Shown one piece after another: positions 1 through 10,379 of a stretch of DNA of 64,000 nucleotides. Location: IMG/VR virus record IMGVR_UViG_3300042875_000410, one strand, 5' to 3'. The position numbers were made by a program, and so were the translations under genes. The stretch is from a virus. Its lineage: Duplodnaviria; Caudoviricetes. The notes under the pieces were generated by a model. The model was not told where the DNA came from and ran no database searches. It saw only the letters and a program-made list of their open reading frames with translations. Numbering within the stretch: the first letter of the stretch is position 1; the number at the start of each line of letters is the position of its first letter.

Positions 1-1
1 A

Positions 2-1906
2 GATAGTAACCTAGTATCAGTTAGTGATCAATCATCTGTATTAATTCCTAGTTTAGCTAGTATAGACGATGTTCGTTCTGTTTATGTAACAGTTAATGGT
101 ACTCAAATTTTTGAAACACTATCAACTTCATCATATGGTTATATGGTATCTCCTACTGGTATTGAAAATAATAGAGCGGCAGTTACAGTTTACAATATTC
201 CTGCTGGTACTAACGTGATTCAAGCATGGTTTTTTGAAACTAACTATCCTGAGTTTAACGGAGTTTGGACAGAATATTTCAACATTACTACAACTACTAC
301 TGTGTTGAATTTAACAAAGCCTATTGCTAATATAGAACCGATTAGTGCTCAGGTATTAGTAGAATATGAAGCATTGGCTGGAGCAGGCAGAAGAAGACTT
401 TCTCCTCCTGATGTGACTTATTATAAATTTGATGGAACTCAACTTACATTCAATATTGACAATAAGCCTAGACCATCAGGTACATATTCTATTGAAACAG
501 TGCATGTTTACTTAAATGGCTTCTTACTAAGATCGGGCTTTGATTATACGCTATCCGTAAGTAACAGTACAATTACTTTCCCTACCGGATTACTTGTAAA
601 CGGTGATGCAATTGCAATCGAAAGCCTTATTGATTATGATTATATAGTGTCTGGTAACACGGTTATTTTATCAACTCCTCTTACATCCGGATCTGTAAAA
701 GTAACTACGTTTACAGACCATGATGGCATGTTGATTAGAACAGAACGTTTCTCAGGTAATTCTATGCGTAGATTTACTCTTAGCTTACCTGTTATTAGTG
801 CAGAGTATGTCTGGGTCTATGTAGACGGAGCACCGTTAATACCTGGATATGACTTTGGACTTCTTCCAGATCAACGAACTATTCAACTTAGTGAATGGAT
901 ATTTGTCAATACGTCAAACGACATTATGATTACCTCTATTAATTCACCATTAAGAAATAACGTTACTTTAGGTTATAGAATTTTTAAAGATATTTTTGAT
1001 AGAACATCATATACTCGATTATCAGATTTTTACAGTACACGTTTAACTAAAGAGTTAACGCTCACTGATACTGAAATTCACGTTGAAGATTCTAGCAGAT
1101 TGATTCCTCCTAATCCTATTAGAAATATTCCAGGAGTAGTATTTGTTGACAGCGAACGTATTGAGTTCTTTGAAAAAGCCAGTAATACATTAAGCAATTT
1201 ACGAAGAAGCACTCACGGCACAGCACCCGCATTGTTTTCTGAAGTTGGAACTAAACTAATGGATCAAAGTACACAACAACAAGTTCCCTACAGTGATGTA
1301 ATTAAGAAGCAATATCATATTACTACCAGCACAACAAATGCTCGAGTATTAAGTACTGTAACTAACTCGTTCAACACATACACATTTGTTATTAGCACTT
1401 CCAGTTATTCCACTGACGTGGGCCCATACCAGTTTGTGTGTGACGGAATTACTCTTTCTACATCGACTGATGCAACTAATCAGGTAACTATTAAGTACGG
1501 TGGAAGGACACTTCGCAAAACAAGTACCTTGGTACATGATTCTAGAAGAGCCTATGATACGACTTCAACAAGTTTAGTAACACTGGATTCTGAATTTACT
1601 GTAGTTTATAATTCGTTGACTAACAATCATGAATTAAAATTAAATATTGAGGGATTTGTTTCCGGAGTGAGATTAGAAATTGAACAAAGAACTGGTCAGT
1701 TCTGGCAACCGATTGAAGAAGTATCTGCTAATGAGTGGGTAATTAAATCTTCGTTATTGACTGCTGTAACACCGCAGGCTATGTTTATACAACAGAAAAC
1801 AACAGAATTACCTGATTATTATTATTATGGTGGAGATCCTACTCTAACAGACAATAATAATTTTGAATTGACAGACGACAATAACAATCCGATAGAGGGA
1901 TATTAA
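2..1906 (+). CDS. Virion structural protein (baseplate/tail), 5'-truncated by the window edge
   Basis: Frame is open from nt 2 through the listed ATG at 143; repeated V-x-V-Y-L/V-N/D-G...G-x-D-Y/F beta modules; acidic C-terminus LTDNNNFELTDDNNNP; first gene of a run of tail genes. Confidence 0.6.
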   Translation, partial: DSNLVSVSDQSSVLIPSLASIDDVRSVYVTVNGTQIFETLSTSSYGYMVSPTGIENNRAAVTVYNIPAGTNVIQAWFFETNYPEFNGVWTEYFNITTTTTVLNLTKPIANIEPISAQVLVEYEALAGAGRRRLSPPDVTYYKFDGTQLTFNIDNKPRPSGTYSIETVHVYLNGFLLRSGFDYTLSVSNSTITFPTGLLVNGDAIAIESLIDYDYIVSGNTVILSTPLTSGSVKVTTFTDHDGMLIRTERFSGNSMRRFTLSLPVISAEYVWVYVDGAPLIPGYDFGLLPDQRTIQLSEWIFVNTSNDIMITSINSPLRNNVTLGYRIFKDIFDRTSYTRLSDFYSTRLTKELTLTDTEIHVEDSSRLIPPNPIRNIPGVVFVDSERIEFFEKASNTLSNLRRSTHGTAPALFSEVGTKLMDQSTQQQVPYSDVIKKQYHITTSTTNARVLSTVTNSFNTYTFVISTSSYSTDVGPYQFVCDGITLSTSTDATNQVTIKYGGRTLRKTSTLVHDSRRAYDTTSTSLVTLDSEFTVVYNSLTNNHELKLNIEGFVSGVRLEIEQRTGQFWQPIEEVSANEWVIKSSLLTAVTPQAMFIQQKTTELPDYYYYGGDPTLTDNNNFELTDDNNNPIEGY

Positions 1907-1909
1907 AAG

Positions 1910-2626
1910 ATGAAAATTAATCAATTACCATTTATAACTTCAGGTACAACTGTTACAAGTTTTGTAATAGTTGATGAGATACTACCGAGAAGAATCCGTT
2001 ACACTGACTTAGTTGATCAAGTTGTTACAGAAATAGGTGCCGCCGAATTTACTGGTCCCACAGGGCCTGCGGGTCCTAAAGGACCGACTGGACCAGCAGG
2101 TTCGAGTGTGGTCCCAGGCCCAACTGGCCCAACTGGACCAGGTCTACCAGATGGTGGATCTATTGGGCAGGCGCTGATTAAAATTTCAGGTCTAAACTAT
2201 GATTATGATTGGGGAACTGTTTCTGGCGGCAGCGGAGTTGGTCTATCTTCGAGAATATTAACTACTGGAACAACAGCATCTCTTGCTGCTAATGCTAGTG
2301 GAAATACAGAAGCAACTGGTTTTAAAACTTATATGTTGTCAAAGGTACAAACTTCTCATGCTGCATGGGTTCGAATTTACTCAGACAGCACTAGCAGAAC
2401 TAATGATGCAGCAAGGACCGAAGGTAATGATCCGTTGCCAGGTAGCGGAGTTATTGCGGAAGTTATTACAACTGCATCCTCTCTAACTCAATTAATAACT
2501 CCCGGAGTTATAGGGTTTAATAATGATGTGCCTACCACTACTACTGTTTATCTATCTGTAACAAACAAAGACACGGTATCTAGAACAATCGATGTTACGT
2601 TAACATTACTACAACTGGAGTCTTAA
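1910..2626 (+). CDS. Collagen-repeat tail fibre/decoration protein
   Basis: Short G-P-T G-x-y repeat (GPTGPTGPAGPKGPTGPAG), followed by a GGSIGQALIK...DYDW segment typical of fibre proteins. Confidence 0.65.
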   Translation: MKINQLPFITSGTTVTSFVIVDEILPRRIRYTDLVDQVVTEIGAAEFTGPTGPAGPKGPTGPAGSSVVPGPTGPTGPGLPDGGSIGQALIKISGLNYDYDWGTVSGGSGVGLSSRILTTGTTASLAANASGNTEATGFKTYMLSKVQTSHAAWVRIYSDSTSRTNDAARTEGNDPLPGSGVIAEVITTASSLTQLITPGVIGFNNDVPTTTTVYLSVTNKDTVSRTIDVTLTLLQLES

Positions 2627-2627
2627 A

Positions 2628-4295
2628 ATGAGTTCTGAAGCTAGAGAGTATATTATAACTTTAAAAAATAAAGAAGATCTTGAATCTTTTTATAATGATA
2701 TGGAGTTGTCTAACGGGGCAAAATTTATTCCTCACCGCGCCATTCCGGTAAAGGATAGAAGACCGGTAAGTCGAAATACTCATTATACGTTATATGCATC
2801 TGAAGCCGAACTTATTAAAAACGATCCTAGAGTGTTGCATGTTGAATTGAGCCTTGAAGAACAAGGTTTAAAATTTAAACCATTTTGGACACAAGCTAGT
2901 ACGTTATGGAACAGGTCTAATACTCTAAGTTCATCTCATAGAAACTGGGGAATATTAAGATCTGTTGAAGGAGTACAAAGAAGTGGATGGGGAACAAACG
3001 GAACTACTAATGTATCCGGAACAGTTAATACAACTTCGAGCGGAAAATATGTTGATGTGGTTATAGTAGACGGACATTTTAATCCCTTACATCCCGAGTT
3101 TGCAGTCAATGCAGACGGCTCTGGTGGGTCTAGGGTTGTTCAATATAATTGGTTACAACATAACCTAGCTGTACTAGGAACAGCACCTGGTACATATGCT
3201 TATACTCCTTATATTGATCCTTCATATCCAGATAACAATCTTGATGGAATATCTGACAGAACAGTAGACGGCGATCACGGGACACACGTTGCTTCTACAG
3301 CATGTGGTAACACCTACGGATGGGCAAGAGATGCAAACATTTATAATATAAGTCCGTACTCAACGAATCCATCTAATACAGGAGCACGGACAATAGATTA
3401 CATCAGAGAGTGGCATAGAACTAAGCCTATTAATCCTGCCACAGGTAGACGTAATCCTACGGTTACTAATCACAGTTATGGAGTATCTATTGAAGTACCT
3501 ATTTCTGAAATTACTATTGTTAGATTTCAAGGTACAGAATTTAGTGGTCCTTTTACGGAATCAGAATTAACCAATTATGGATTGGTTGTAAGTGCAGGAA
3601 ACGTAGCATTTCCAATAAGAAGCGTTGCATACGAGGAAGATTTAATAGATGCGATGAACGAAGGGATTATCGTTGTCGGAGCCGCAGGAAACGATTATAC
3701 AAAAATTTCTAATTTTACAGTTGATACTGGGGATGACTATAATAATTACATTGTTCAAAGTGATGTGTTTACTTATTACTATAACAGGGGCCCATTAGGT
3801 GCAGCATCTGGATCAATTTGTGTCGGCGGCGCAGACGCAAATACAACTGAAACAAAAATTGTTTACAGTAATTGCGGACCTAGGATAGACTTGTATGCTC
3901 CGGGAAGATTTATTGTTGGCGGAGTAAACTCTACTACTGGAGTTACAACTGGAGATAGTAGAAACTCTGCGTATAGAGTGACTAAAAGATCTGGAACTAG
4001 TATGTCTAGCCCACAAGTTGCGGGAGTTCTAGCCTGTCTTGCAGAGCAATGGCCTACTATGAAACAATCACAGGCTAGGGATTACATTAGAAATAAAGCT
4101 AAAATAGGGCAAATTACTGCTACTACAGGCGGTATAGGTGACTATACAGACTTGCAAGGGTCTACAAATAGATTCCTATACTACAATAAAGAACGCCTAG
4201 ATCAAGGTATGGTTGGTCCCAAAGTTAATCAAGGTAATCGATCTAGTACAGGGCACATATGGCCTAGAACTAAAATCTACCGATACGGAAGATAA
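2628..4295 (+). CDS. Subtilisin-like serine peptidase (S8) with N-terminal prodomain
   Basis: Catalytic triad motifs DVVIVDG, DHGTHVASTACG and GTSMSSPQVAG; oxyanion Asn in AAGND. Confidence 0.9.
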   Translation: MSSEAREYIITLKNKEDLESFYNDMELSNGAKFIPHRAIPVKDRRPVSRNTHYTLYASEAELIKNDPRVLHVELSLEEQGLKFKPFWTQASTLWNRSNTLSSSHRNWGILRSVEGVQRSGWGTNGTTNVSGTVNTTSSGKYVDVVIVDGHFNPLHPEFAVNADGSGGSRVVQYNWLQHNLAVLGTAPGTYAYTPYIDPSYPDNNLDGISDRTVDGDHGTHVASTACGNTYGWARDANIYNISPYSTNPSNTGARTIDYIREWHRTKPINPATGRRNPTVTNHSYGVSIEVPISEITIVRFQGTEFSGPFTESELTNYGLVVSAGNVAFPIRSVAYEEDLIDAMNEGIIVVGAAGNDYTKISNFTVDTGDDYNNYIVQSDVFTYYYNRGPLGAASGSICVGGADANTTETKIVYSNCGPRIDLYAPGRFIVGGVNSTTGVTTGDSRNSAYRVTKRSGTSMSSPQVAGVLACLAEQWPTMKQSQARDYIRNKAKIGQITATTGGIGDYTDLQGSTNRFLYYNKERLDQGMVGPKVNQGNRSSTGHIWPRTKIYRYGR

Positions 4296-4327
4296 ACCGC
4301 TTATAATTTAGATGGATAAATATCATT

Positions 4328-4957
4328 ATGGATAACAGAAACATGAACAATTTACCGAATGAAGCTGGAGCAATAGGCATCCAGGGTCATATTAAAATCT
4401 ACGATCCTATCTCTCAAGAAGTCTTTATTAATAAAAGAAACGCTATTCATTATGAGAATTTTTCCATAGCATTGGCACAGAGTATAGCAAATCAAGGCGA
4501 AGGACCCATTGCCGAGATGGTGTTCGGCAACGGAGGAAGCAGAGTTGATAGTACAGGAATCATTACTTACCTTACACCTAACAGTGTAGGAACAAGTGCT
4601 AGCCTATATAATCAAACTTATTATAAAACTGTTGATTCGAAAAGTTCATACTCGTTAGATCCTGCACGTAATTTTATGGAAACTAGACACATTGCTGGCA
4701 CAGTTTATACTGACGTGCTAGTAAGTTGTTTGCTTGATTTTGGTGAGCCGAGCGGTCAAGCCGCATTTGATACAGAAACAAACACTGAATCTAATTTTGT
4801 GTTTGATGAATTAGGATTGAGATCCTTTAATCCAGAAGGTCCGAATACAGGAATGTTATTAACACATGTTATCTTCCACCCTGTTCAGAAATCATTAAAC
4901 AGGATGATTCAGGTAGATTATACAATTAGGATCCAAAGTTTGAGCACCGGAGTTTAA
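4328..4957 (+). CDS. Probable virion structural protein
   Basis: Located among tail genes; TAAATA late-type element 5 nt upstream; beta-rich sequence. Confidence 0.5.
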   Translation: MDNRNMNNLPNEAGAIGIQGHIKIYDPISQEVFINKRNAIHYENFSIALAQSIANQGEGPIAEMVFGNGGSRVDSTGIITYLTPNSVGTSASLYNQTYYKTVDSKSSYSLDPARNFMETRHIAGTVYTDVLVSCLLDFGEPSGQAAFDTETNTESNFVFDELGLRSFNPEGPNTGMLLTHVIFHPVQKSLNRMIQVDYTIRIQSLSTGV

Positions 4958-4960
4958 AAC

Positions 4961-6781
4961 ATGGCTAATTCATATACACTTCGATTCTCAGACCCTACAA
5001 ACACTGGCACAGTGCAGGTATTAGGAACAACATTAGGTCCTGGAAAGAACAATTATAGTACCAGTCTTGATCTAGTCGGGCCAGGATATACTAATTACGG
5101 TCTTGATACTACACAAAATTTTTTAAAATTGTTGGAAAATTTTGCAGGACCTAACCCTCCTATTAATTCAATTAAGGGACAACTATGGTATGATACTAGC
5201 AATCCTAACAGAAAAGTTTTAAGAGTTAATAATGGTGACATTACAAGTAATCGATGGCCAGCTGCTAGCGGAATCTATCAACAAAATTCTGATCCTAGTT
5301 TAAGTTATAGTTCTGGAGTAACAATTGGAGACATCTGGGTTGATACAGTTTCGAATCAATTAAACATACGTGATGCCGATGGATGGACTCTTGTTGGTCC
5401 TAGTAGCTTATCTGGTACTTCAAAGTCCGGAGCAGAAGTTAGAGTCATTGAAACTAATACTAGTACCGTTGCTAATAAAGTAGAGTATCCTGTTATTTTA
5501 AACTGGGCAAACGGCAAAGTAGTTGAAATTATCTCTTATAATGAATTTACTCCTAGAAGTGTTATTGATGGTTTTACTGTTATTAAGGCAGGAACAAATT
5601 TAACTTCCAGAATTCCTACAAGATACAACGGAGTAGCAGAAAGTGCTGCATCTTTATATCTCAGTTCGGGTGTAACCGTTAAAGCATCTGATGTATTAAG
5701 AAATAAATCTATACTTGCACCTCAGATTCATACAGGTACCTTTGTAGTTGAGTCATCTGGCGGTATTCAAATTAAAAAAGATACAACTGCAAAAGCTATT
5801 AAAATATATAGTACTGCATCTGAGGCATTTGTTACCTACGCTAACACTAGCTCTTCTGGAATGAAGATAGGTATTTCTGATAGTTTCTTTGACAAGTCTT
5901 ATTTAAAGCTCACATCTGCAGGATTTGTGGGAGTTAATAATCCTATTCCTACCAAAACATTAGATGTTACAGGTAGCGGTAAGTTTTCAGATGATGTAAC
6001 AATTACTTCTAATACCGATTCTGCTCTAGATGTTTCCGGTGGCGGGTCGTTTGGAAGAACTTTAGAAGCAAACACATTAACTGTAGTAACAACTTCTTCA
6101 ATGGTTGGGCTAATTACAATAGGTCAGCCCGGCGGAAGCGGCACTATTTTACAACCAGCAGAAAACAATTCATATGAATTAGGATCTCCAACTAGAGCAT
6201 TTCGTAGAATTTATACATCACAAATTGGTTCAACTGGATCTACACTTACAATATACGGAGTTGCTTCACAGGCTGTTCAATTAGAAGCTTCTCGACAATT
6301 TAGTGTTATTGGACAGTTTGCAACAACCGGATCTGTATCATTTAATGGATTAGGTAATGTAGCTCTTAATACTACTGCTACCACAGCTTTAATTACAGCA
6401 CAGTCAACAGTTACATCGACCACTGCTACTCAGACGTTGTTAGTAGTTGACACCGCAACATCTACAACTATAGAGCAAGGTGTAAGACAAATCAGCAAGG
6501 CAGATTTCTTATCAGATGTTTACGACATGGTAATGCAGCCAGGGATGATTATTCCGTGGCCAACTTCAACACCTCCCTCAGCGGTTAAGCCAGACGGTCA
6601 GCCTACATGGATTTTATGCAATGGCGGGTCTACATCTACCGTGTTACAGGGAGATTTATTTGGTGTAATTGGTTATACATTTGGTGGAGCAAGTGGTAGC
6701 TTTAGTGTTCCGGATTTGAGATATGCTACTACCACTACAAACATTGTACCAGTTACAATGAACTATATTATAAAGACATAA
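4961..6781 (+). CDS. Tail fibre/baseplate protein with C-terminal tail-collar domain
   Basis: C-terminal PGMIIPW...WILCNG...LFGVIGYTFGG...FSVPDLR is the collar-domain pattern; N-terminal module shared with the next two genes. Confidence 0.75.
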   Translation: MANSYTLRFSDPTNTGTVQVLGTTLGPGKNNYSTSLDLVGPGYTNYGLDTTQNFLKLLENFAGPNPPINSIKGQLWYDTSNPNRKVLRVNNGDITSNRWPAASGIYQQNSDPSLSYSSGVTIGDIWVDTVSNQLNIRDADGWTLVGPSSLSGTSKSGAEVRVIETNTSTVANKVEYPVILNWANGKVVEIISYNEFTPRSVIDGFTVIKAGTNLTSRIPTRYNGVAESAASLYLSSGVTVKASDVLRNKSILAPQIHTGTFVVESSGGIQIKKDTTAKAIKIYSTASEAFVTYANTSSSGMKIGISDSFFDKSYLKLTSAGFVGVNNPIPTKTLDVTGSGKFSDDVTITSNTDSALDVSGGGSFGRTLEANTLTVVTTSSMVGLITIGQPGGSGTILQPAENNSYELGSPTRAFRRIYTSQIGSTGSTLTIYGVASQAVQLEASRQFSVIGQFATTGSVSFNGLGNVALNTTATTALITAQSTVTSTTATQTLLVVDTATSTTIEQGVRQISKADFLSDVYDMVMQPGMIIPWPTSTPPSAVKPDGQPTWILCNGGSTSTVLQGDLFGVIGYTFGGASGSFSVPDLRYATTTTNIVPVTMNYIIKT

Positions 6782-6785
6782 TAAC

Positions 6786-7754
6786 ATGGCATATATCATA
6801 TATAGAAGTGACGGTACAGTATTGTTAACCATGGCAGATGGAGATGTAGATTCTATCACTACTAGTTTAGATTTAATAGGTAAGAATGTTAACAAGTACG
6901 GACAGTATGTAAACAATAATTTTGTAAAACTGTTGACTAATTTTGCTTCTCCTAATCAACCTTTACAAGCACAAGTTGGTCAGTTGTGGTACGACACAAT
7001 TAACAGTAAATTAACAGTCTATGATGGTGTAGAGTTTAATCCTACATACGGCGCAACTATCAGTGGTACGCAACCCGTAACAACAAGTACAGGAGATTTG
7101 TGGTACAATAGCACTAATGGTGAATTTAAAATCTGGCAAGGATATCCTTTAAATCAATGGTTCCTTGTTGATCCTAGAGTAGATCTACAAAATGGTAAAA
7201 TGGGAGTTATGGTTCCTCCTGTAAATATTTTAGAGAATACGTTTAACCAAAAACAAAATGTTTCAGTGCTGTATTCTTACGGTGCTCCGACTGCGTTAGT
7301 GACTACTGCATCCTTTACAATGAGTGCTTCTAGCTCAACAGTGTACTTTGGACAGACAACAGCAACTAATGTTGTTAACGGTATTACAATTTTAGATGAC
7401 CTTGATGTAAAAGGAAATTTATATGTAAGGGGTAATACAGTTTATGATAAGAATTTAACAACTGCATTTGATATTACCACATACGGTGATACAAAAACTG
7501 GCACAACTGGAACAAATCTAACAAACATCAATGATGGAAACAATGCTTTAAGATTAAAAGCATTGCCTAATTTGTTTAGTACCGCAACCTATGTTATAGG
7601 ATCTCAGGCTAAAGTGCTGTGTAATTACAATGCTCTTCTTTCTGTTAGACACTTTACATTAACAAATGTAGGAGGACTTGCTCGCTGGGATACTGTAGAT
7701 GCATATTATAATTCTTTTACCACTTTTAACAATAACATTACATATCAGGAATAA
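6786..7754 (+). CDS. Tail/baseplate protein, paralogous N-terminus
   Basis: N-terminal SLDLIGK...NFVKLLTNFAS...GQLWYDT shared with both neighbours. Confidence 0.6.
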   Translation: MAYIIYRSDGTVLLTMADGDVDSITTSLDLIGKNVNKYGQYVNNNFVKLLTNFASPNQPLQAQVGQLWYDTINSKLTVYDGVEFNPTYGATISGTQPVTTSTGDLWYNSTNGEFKIWQGYPLNQWFLVDPRVDLQNGKMGVMVPPVNILENTFNQKQNVSVLYSYGAPTALVTTASFTMSASSSTVYFGQTTATNVVNGITILDDLDVKGNLYVRGNTVYDKNLTTAFDITTYGDTKTGTTGTNLTNINDGNNALRLKALPNLFSTATYVIGSQAKVLCNYNALLSVRHFTLTNVGGLARWDTVDAYYNSFTTFNNNITYQE

Positions 7755-7756
7755 TT

Positions 7757-9025
7757 ATGCCTTACATTCTCAATAAAACAGATGGAACACAGATTACGAT
7801 AGTACAAGATGCTTCGTTGGATCTCACAACTGATTTAATTTTTGTTGGAAGAAACTATGCAGGTTACGGTGAATGGCAAAATGAAAACTTTTTAAAATTG
7901 CTTGAGAATTTTTCAAATACTATTCCTCCATCTAAACCGATTGATGGTCAACTTTGGTATGATACTGCAAACAAAAGACTCAATGTGTTTGATGGCGCAA
8001 ATTGGAAAAGCATTTCCAATTTAGATGTTAATACTGAAAATCCTAACAATACTAAAATCTACGAATCAGGCGATCTATGGTTTGATAGTAGAGAAGAACA
8101 ACTTTATGCCTACAATGGTGAGAATTTTGTTTTAATAGGTCCTCCTAGCGGCGCCGACACCAGAGCTCAATGGAAAGGCGATGTCGAATACGCACAAGAA
8201 GATACTGGTACACCAAAATACAATATTAAAGCTATTGTAGGAGCAAATGATGAAGTAGTTGCTATGGTTTCTGCAGAAACATATACAGTAACTCAAGCAG
8301 ATCAACCACCACTACCAAAATATCCTATCTATGATTCAGGTTCTACATCAACGATCAGTAAAGGTATTACTTTAAGAGGTGCAAACTACTCAACAGGTGA
8401 ATCAGCGTCTCAGGGAATTTACTTTTGGGGAAGTGCAAGGCATGCAGTTAATGCAAATACTGCAACCACTGCAATCGGACTTGTTACAGATATTCCGCCA
8501 AGTGTAGGTACATTTCCTATTCCGTTTACAACTGGCACAACTTATACCAAAACAGACGCAATCTACACTACTTCATCGTTTTATTATAATCCATTTGATA
8601 AAAGTGTTAAAGCTGATATTTTTAAAGGCGTTGCAACCAGTGCATATTATGCTGACATTGCTGAACGCTATGCCGCAGATGCGGCATATGAATTTGGAAC
8701 TGTACTAATGTTAGGCGGAGAAAAAGAAGTTACTCTTGCTACATTACAGGCAACGACAACGGTTGCAGGAGTAGTGAGTAAAAATCCGGCATATATGATG
8801 AATTCCGAGGCAGGAACCGACGAAACTCACCCCTATATTGCCTTAAAAGGTCGTGTTCCTTGCAAGATTTGTGGCCCCGTTAAGAAGGGCGACCTATTAG
8901 TTACCAGTGGATATAAACAGGGATATGCTACTAAGAAACAGGATCATGACAGTTCGGATGCTGTAATAGGAAAAGCCCTCGAAGATTTCGAAGGCTCTTT
9001 TGGTGTAATAGAAATTAAAGTTTAA
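7757..9025 (+). CDS. Tail fibre/spike protein with probable C-terminal intramolecular chaperone (peptidase G2-like) domain
   Basis: Shared N-terminal module; C-terminal SAYYADIAERY...GVVS...ALKGRVPCK...KGDLLVTS...IGKALE pattern. Confidence 0.55.
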   Translation: MPYILNKTDGTQITIVQDASLDLTTDLIFVGRNYAGYGEWQNENFLKLLENFSNTIPPSKPIDGQLWYDTANKRLNVFDGANWKSISNLDVNTENPNNTKIYESGDLWFDSREEQLYAYNGENFVLIGPPSGADTRAQWKGDVEYAQEDTGTPKYNIKAIVGANDEVVAMVSAETYTVTQADQPPLPKYPIYDSGSTSTISKGITLRGANYSTGESASQGIYFWGSARHAVNANTATTAIGLVTDIPPSVGTFPIPFTTGTTYTKTDAIYTTSSFYYNPFDKSVKADIFKGVATSAYYADIAERYAADAAYEFGTVLMLGGEKEVTLATLQATTTVAGVVSKNPAYMMNSEAGTDETHPYIALKGRVPCKICGPVKKGDLLVTSGYKQGYATKKQDHDSSDAVIGKALEDFEGSFGVIEIKV

Positions 9026-9906
9026 ACAGCCATTGGTGCTTTAATAGCATCGTGACTAGTATAATTTACCAATTCAATATCGTCCATTGTAAACCCTGTG
9101 ATGTTTTTGACAGCAGGGTTTAGTTTTAACTCTGGCAACGGTAATGGCTTACGTGCTAATTGCTCGTTAACCTGATCAACATGATTGGTGTAGATATGAG
9201 CGTCACCTAGGGTAATAATAAGTTCGCCGACTTCTAATTCACAGGCTTGTGCAATCATATGTGTGAACAGTGCATAGCTGGCAATGTTAAACGGTACTCC
9301 GAGGAACATGTCTGCACTACGTTGATACATTGAACAACTTAGTTTCCCGTTGCTTACGTAGAATTGACTCATCATATGGCACGGAGGTAATGCCATTAGT
9401 TCTAGTTCGCCTGGATTCCATGCAGTAATGATATGTCTACGACCGTAAGGGTCTTTCTTTAAGCCGTCAATTAAATTAAGCAACTGGTCGCAATTTTGTA
9501 GGACAACTTTGTTAATACGAACTAACGGAGCACGCCACTTTCGCCATTGCACGCCGTAGACACGACCGAGATCACCTGCATGCCGCTGGAGTCGTTTGTT
9601 TGTCCAGTAAGGTGCTGTGGCATTATCTGACCATATAGTTTTCTTATCGGTATAACGCTCACCGTGTAGGATTTCCTTTAAGCGATTCTCATCACCACTG
9701 CCTTCAATAAACCAAAGCAGTTCGCTAACACAGGCACGCCATGCTAGCTTCTTAGTAGTAACAGCAGGAAATCCTTTCTGCAGATCAAATCGCAATTGTA
9801 CACCGAACTTACTAATAGTCCCGACTCCAGTTCTATCGGGTCGCTGTTCACCTGTTGCTAAAATGTCTTTAAGTGCATTGAGATATGCTTGTTCTGGATG
9901 TGTCAT
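9022..9906 (-). CDS. thyA: Thymidylate synthase (ThyA type)
   Basis: DRTGVGT, LPPCH catalytic Cys, YQRSADMFLGVPFNIASY. Confidence 0.97.
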   Translation of the reverse strand: MTHPEQAYLNALKDILATGEQRPDRTGVGTISKFGVQLRFDLQKGFPAVTTKKLAWRACVSELLWFIEGSGDENRLKEILHGERYTDKKTIWSDNATAPYWTNKRLQRHAGDLGRVYGVQWRKWRAPLVRINKVVLQNCDQLLNLIDGLKKDPYGRRHIITAWNPGELELMALPPCHMMSQFYVSNGKLSCSMYQRSADMFLGVPFNIASYALFTHMIAQACELEVGELIITLGDAHIYTNHVDQVNEQLARKPLPLPELKLNPAVKNITGFTMDDIELVNYTSHDAIKAPMAV

Positions 9907-10379
9907 AAGTTGTATTCTTTTATTGTATATTTTATCGGGTCATTAAGTATAGCGTGTTCTTTAACCTTTGTAAAGTGTTCTTTTACATAGGTAAGGTCAA
10001 AAAACTTATCACACTCATAGTCTGCATCTATTTCGGTAATATAAAATCTGTCAATAATATCGAGATATTGTTCATAAACGGCACTTCCGCCGATAATGAA
10101 AATTTCCTTATCAGGGTATTCTACAGAACAAAAATCTAAGGCAGCACCGCAGTCGTCAAAGGTGTGATCACCTAGCACTCTCTTTCTGCTTATCACTACA
10201 TTAATTCTATTAGGTAAAGATTTACCCAAACTATCATATGTGGTTGAACCCATAATAACAACTTGATTAGTTGTCATTTGTTTAAACCACTGCATATCAC
10301 CCCTAAGGTGAGGCCAGGGCATTTGACCATTAAATCCTATGCCCTGGTTTCGTTCAACTGCAACTAAACAGTTAATCAT
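9903..10379 (-). CDS. folA: Dihydrofolate reductase
   Basis: GIGFNGQMPW, VIMGSTTYDS, LPNRINVVISR, FIIGGSAVY, FYITEID...DKFF. Confidence 0.95.
   Translation of the reverse strand: MINCLVAVERNQGIGFNGQMPWPHLRGDMQWFKQMTTNQVVIMGSTTYDSLGKSLPNRINVVISRKRVLGDHTFDDCGAALDFCSVEYPDKEIFIIGGSAVYEQYLDIIDRFYITEIDADYECDKFFDLTYVKEHFTKVKEHAILNDPIKYTIKEYNL

Noticed and set aside
9022-9906. ThyA as a dCMP/dUMP hydroxymethylase for pyrimidine modification
   Set aside because: It keeps the canonical PFNIASY Asn that specifies dUMP and is paired with DHFR, as for ordinary dTMP synthesis.
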